IMG/VR virus record: IMGVR_UViG_3300005611_000091 | Location: 1-36,188 of that record | Length of the DNA: 36,188 bases | Strand: one strand, 5' to 3' | DNA from: a virus | Lineage: Duplodnaviria; Caudoviricetes | In this document: one piece after another, positions 34,299 to 36,188 of the stretch | Layout of the letters: every line of letters starts with the position of its first letter | Position numbering within the stretch: position 1 is the stretch's first letter | Notes under the pieces: model-generated | Told to the model about the DNA's origin: nothing | Databases searched by the model: none | What the model saw: only the letters and a program-made list of their open reading frames with translations | Translations under genes and position numbers: made by a program

Positions 34299-34757
34299 TT
34301 AGTCAAGTACCCAGTACATGACAACCTCAACCGTACCGGTGCCGTTGGCACCGGCAATCGAGGCCGTGATCGGGATACCGTCCTCGTCAGCATCAACAAC
34401 CGAGAATTTCCCGAGTGCCGTGGTCGCTGCGATATCCGCAGTCGCGATCGAGGTCGAAGCCGCAGCCACTTTGTACTCGTCCACGTCGGCGGCAACCGCC
34501 ACACCGGCGGAAGTGTTGTACGCCCCGTGGCCGACCGAAACCGTCGTGGAAGCCCCAAGGGCGTCGTGAACGAGTTCGCCGGACAGGATGCGCGCGCCAT
34601 TCGGAAGGTTGAACAACTGAATGTCGGACTGTTCCGCCGACGCCTCGTACAAGGCGTAGGACATACGAACACGACCAGCATGTTCGTTCGGTTTGATCTT
34701 GAGAGCGGGGCTGGTCTGGTCCCACTTGGTCTTCTGGACTGAATATACAGTTGCCAT
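34299..34757 (-). CDS. Capsid cement/decoration protein
   Basis: 152 aa, beta-rich (LPNGARILSG...ALGASTTVSVG); directly after the major capsid gene. Confidence 0.7.
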   Translation of the reverse strand: MATVYSVQKTKWDQTSPALKIKPNEHAGRVRMSYALYEASAEQSDIQLFNLPNGARILSGELVHDALGASTTVSVGHGAYNTSAGVAVAADVDEYKVAAASTSIATADIAATTALGKFSVVDADEDGIPITASIAGANGTGTVEVVMYWVLD

Positions 34758-34760
34758 GAT

Positions 34761-35627
34761 TTAAGCCTCCGAGCAAGTGATGGCGACAACCTTTTCTTCT
34801 TCGGTGCGCGTGGCCCCGAAGGTGCCTTTGACGTACACCTGAGTGGCATACGACTTGTCATCGCGTTCAGAAATCTTGACTTCCAGATCATTCCAGATGC
34901 CAAGGTGCAGACCGGACTTGGCCCAGCACACAACCGTGCGATCCGTCCCCGAGAGGGCGAGCCGCTGGCTGTCGATGAAGTTGAAGCCCATGAACGCGCG
35001 GATGCGCCCATCGACCAGGACCGGCTTGTTTGTGTAGTCGAGGCTGACCGCCTGGGTTTCCCCGAGCAGATCGTCGTGCTGCTGTGCGCCGATGGCACAA
35101 TACAGTTCCTCGTTGTCCACATCGACTTCCGCGGCGATGAGAAGCTGCATGGCCTCCCGAAGCTTGGCGATGGTCAGACCGCCAGCAGTCGTCGCAGCCG
35201 TCTGGCCGGCCGGAAGCGCCGTGGAGGTGCCACCGTCTTCGCCGGTTTTCGCGGTTCCGGTCAGGGCGGTGATCATCGCGTCATCCATCGCGCGCCCAAT
35301 TGCCATTGCACCATTGATGGCGTAAGGCGAGGTCGGATCGGCGATGATGCGAAGCTTGTCCTGATCGTCGATCAGGTCGGCCCATTCGTAGTCCTCCGGG
35401 TATACCCAGCGGGCGTCGTGCGGCGTCTCGATGAGCGGGGTGTCGGAGTGACGGGTTGTGCGCTTCTGCGCGGTGACGGGACCGATCTGGTTGACGGCCT
35501 TACCGGATTTACCCTGGTAGCTGTCCTCCATTGCGGCCATGCGGAATTTGGACCCGCGCTGCTGGAGCAGAGCGGAGACGGTTGACTTATAGTCAATTAC
35601 TGACCAGTCAAGGATTTCATTGGACAT
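34761..35627 (-). CDS. Major capsid protein
   Basis: LLQQRGSKFR, RHSDTP...H.ARW, DLIDDQDKLR, AIGRAMDD, FMGFNFI, FGATRTEEEKVV. Confidence 0.92.
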   Translation of the reverse strand: MSNEILDWSVIDYKSTVSALLQQRGSKFRMAAMEDSYQGKSGKAVNQIGPVTAQKRTTRHSDTPLIETPHDARWVYPEDYEWADLIDDQDKLRIIADPTSPYAINGAMAIGRAMDDAMITALTGTAKTGEDGGTSTALPAGQTAATTAGGLTIAKLREAMQLLIAAEVDVDNEELYCAIGAQQHDDLLGETQAVSLDYTNKPVLVDGRIRAFMGFNFIDSQRLALSGTDRTVVCWAKSGLHLGIWNDLEVKISERDDKSYATQVYVKGTFGATRTEEEKVVAITCSEA

Positions 35628-35633
35628 TGAGAT

Positions 35634-35760
35634 AGCCCTCCTTTTGTCCGTTACAACAAAAGCTTGAGGGCTTGTCCGGGAGCCGGGGCCACACTACTCC
35701 GGCAAAGTTGTCGGCCCTGTGGGGTTATCGACGGTATGCCGTTTCGACACCTGATGGTGC
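35634..35760 (-). promoter_or_regulatory. Structured 5' leader of the capsid mRNA
   Basis: Two hairpins with the same C/AYAA internal loop (35710-35732, 35669-35690) and an RBS-sequestering hairpin (35634-35672). Confidence 0.6.
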
Positions 35761-35770
35761 GCTTGTGATA

Positions 35771-35799
35771 ATATTGTCACAGGTGTGATTTTATTGCAA
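35771..35799 (-). promoter_or_regulatory. Putative capsid-operon promoter
   Basis: TTGCAA-17 nt-CAATAT; spacer contains the inverted repeat TCACA-cc-TGTGA. Confidence 0.6.
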
Positions 35800-36186
35800 C
35801 TACGAATTATCGTATAAATTCAGACTGAACCGGCAGGAAATACTCAGCGCCGCTCCACCGCCTGCGGACGTCGCTGTGAAATATAGTATATCGCGAGACG
35901 CCAGCCGAAACTTGATTGGGTCACGAAGATACAGATCTAGGCTCTTGGAAGTGTCGATGGTGTGCCGGAATATCTCGTACCGGGTTCCCACAAGACGGCT
36001 GAAAGAATAACCCCGGATATCAACGGTTTTTGCCTTGTTGGTTGTCGTGACATTGAAAAACAGCATCTCAGTCGCAGCGGTCTGGTTGAACCCGACATGG
36101 AATATCGCCTGCTGCGTCACCGACCCCAGCGCAGGGATCGTCGCCTGCACGGACCCACCCGTTGTGGCTGTGACTGTTATGGCGTT
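35800..36186 (-). CDS. Hypothetical protein, 3' part; start lies outside the window
   Basis: Frame open from the window end (NAITVTATTGGSVQATIP...) to TAG at 35800. Confidence 0.7.
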   Translation of the reverse strand, partial: NAITVTATTGGSVQATIPALGSVTQQAIFHVGFNQTAATEMLFFNVTTTNKAKTVDIRGYSFSRLVGTRYEIFRHTIDTSKSLDLYLRDPIKFRLASRDILYFTATSAGGGAALSISCRFSLNLYDNS

Positions 36187-36188
36187 GG

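Noticed and set aside
34758-34763. Capsid-decoration fusion by readthrough (in frame, TAA ATC ATG)
   Set aside because: TAA is a poor readthrough codon and the second gene has its own GGAGG RBS
1-36188. Genome-wide amber (TAG) recoding
   Set aside because: Core genes are intact under the standard code and TAG ends several genes normally (4809, 9346, 9901, 16503, 34045)

Overview
Nearly complete, circularly permuted genome of a GC-rich short-tailed dsDNA phage (BPP-1/APSE-like podovirus layout; host probably an alphaproteobacterium, by inference). The window opens inside the portal gene and ends just upstream of the capsid promoter. Minus strand, left: terS, terL, two small MGGLFG proteins, portal. 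Plus strand 3.1-4.4 kb: a short early block with different codon usage, then an iteron-type origin (4.5-4.8 kb) next to a split primase/helicase on the minus strand. Plus strand 7.7-16.5 kb: an array of small accessory genes, Cas4-like nuclease, SSB, adenine methyltransferase, family A polymerase, VRR-NUC and SNF2 helicase. Minus strand 16.5-35.6 kb: lysis genes, tail fibres, internal virion proteins, tail tubular proteins and capsid. No integrase or protein repressor is visible. The best leads are non-coding: (1) a XerCD dif-like site plus a consensus IHF site between terS and terL; (2) a structured leader RNA upstream of the primase operon whose exposed segments are complementary to translation-initiation regions of several replication-region genes (P4 CI / P1 C4-like logic); (3) conserved junction motifs at the stop codons of unrelated small genes; (4) a switch-like capsid mRNA leader; (5) a 20-codon remnant that appears to be a deleted PAPS-reductase-like gene. 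All family assignments come from motif recognition by eye, not database searches.
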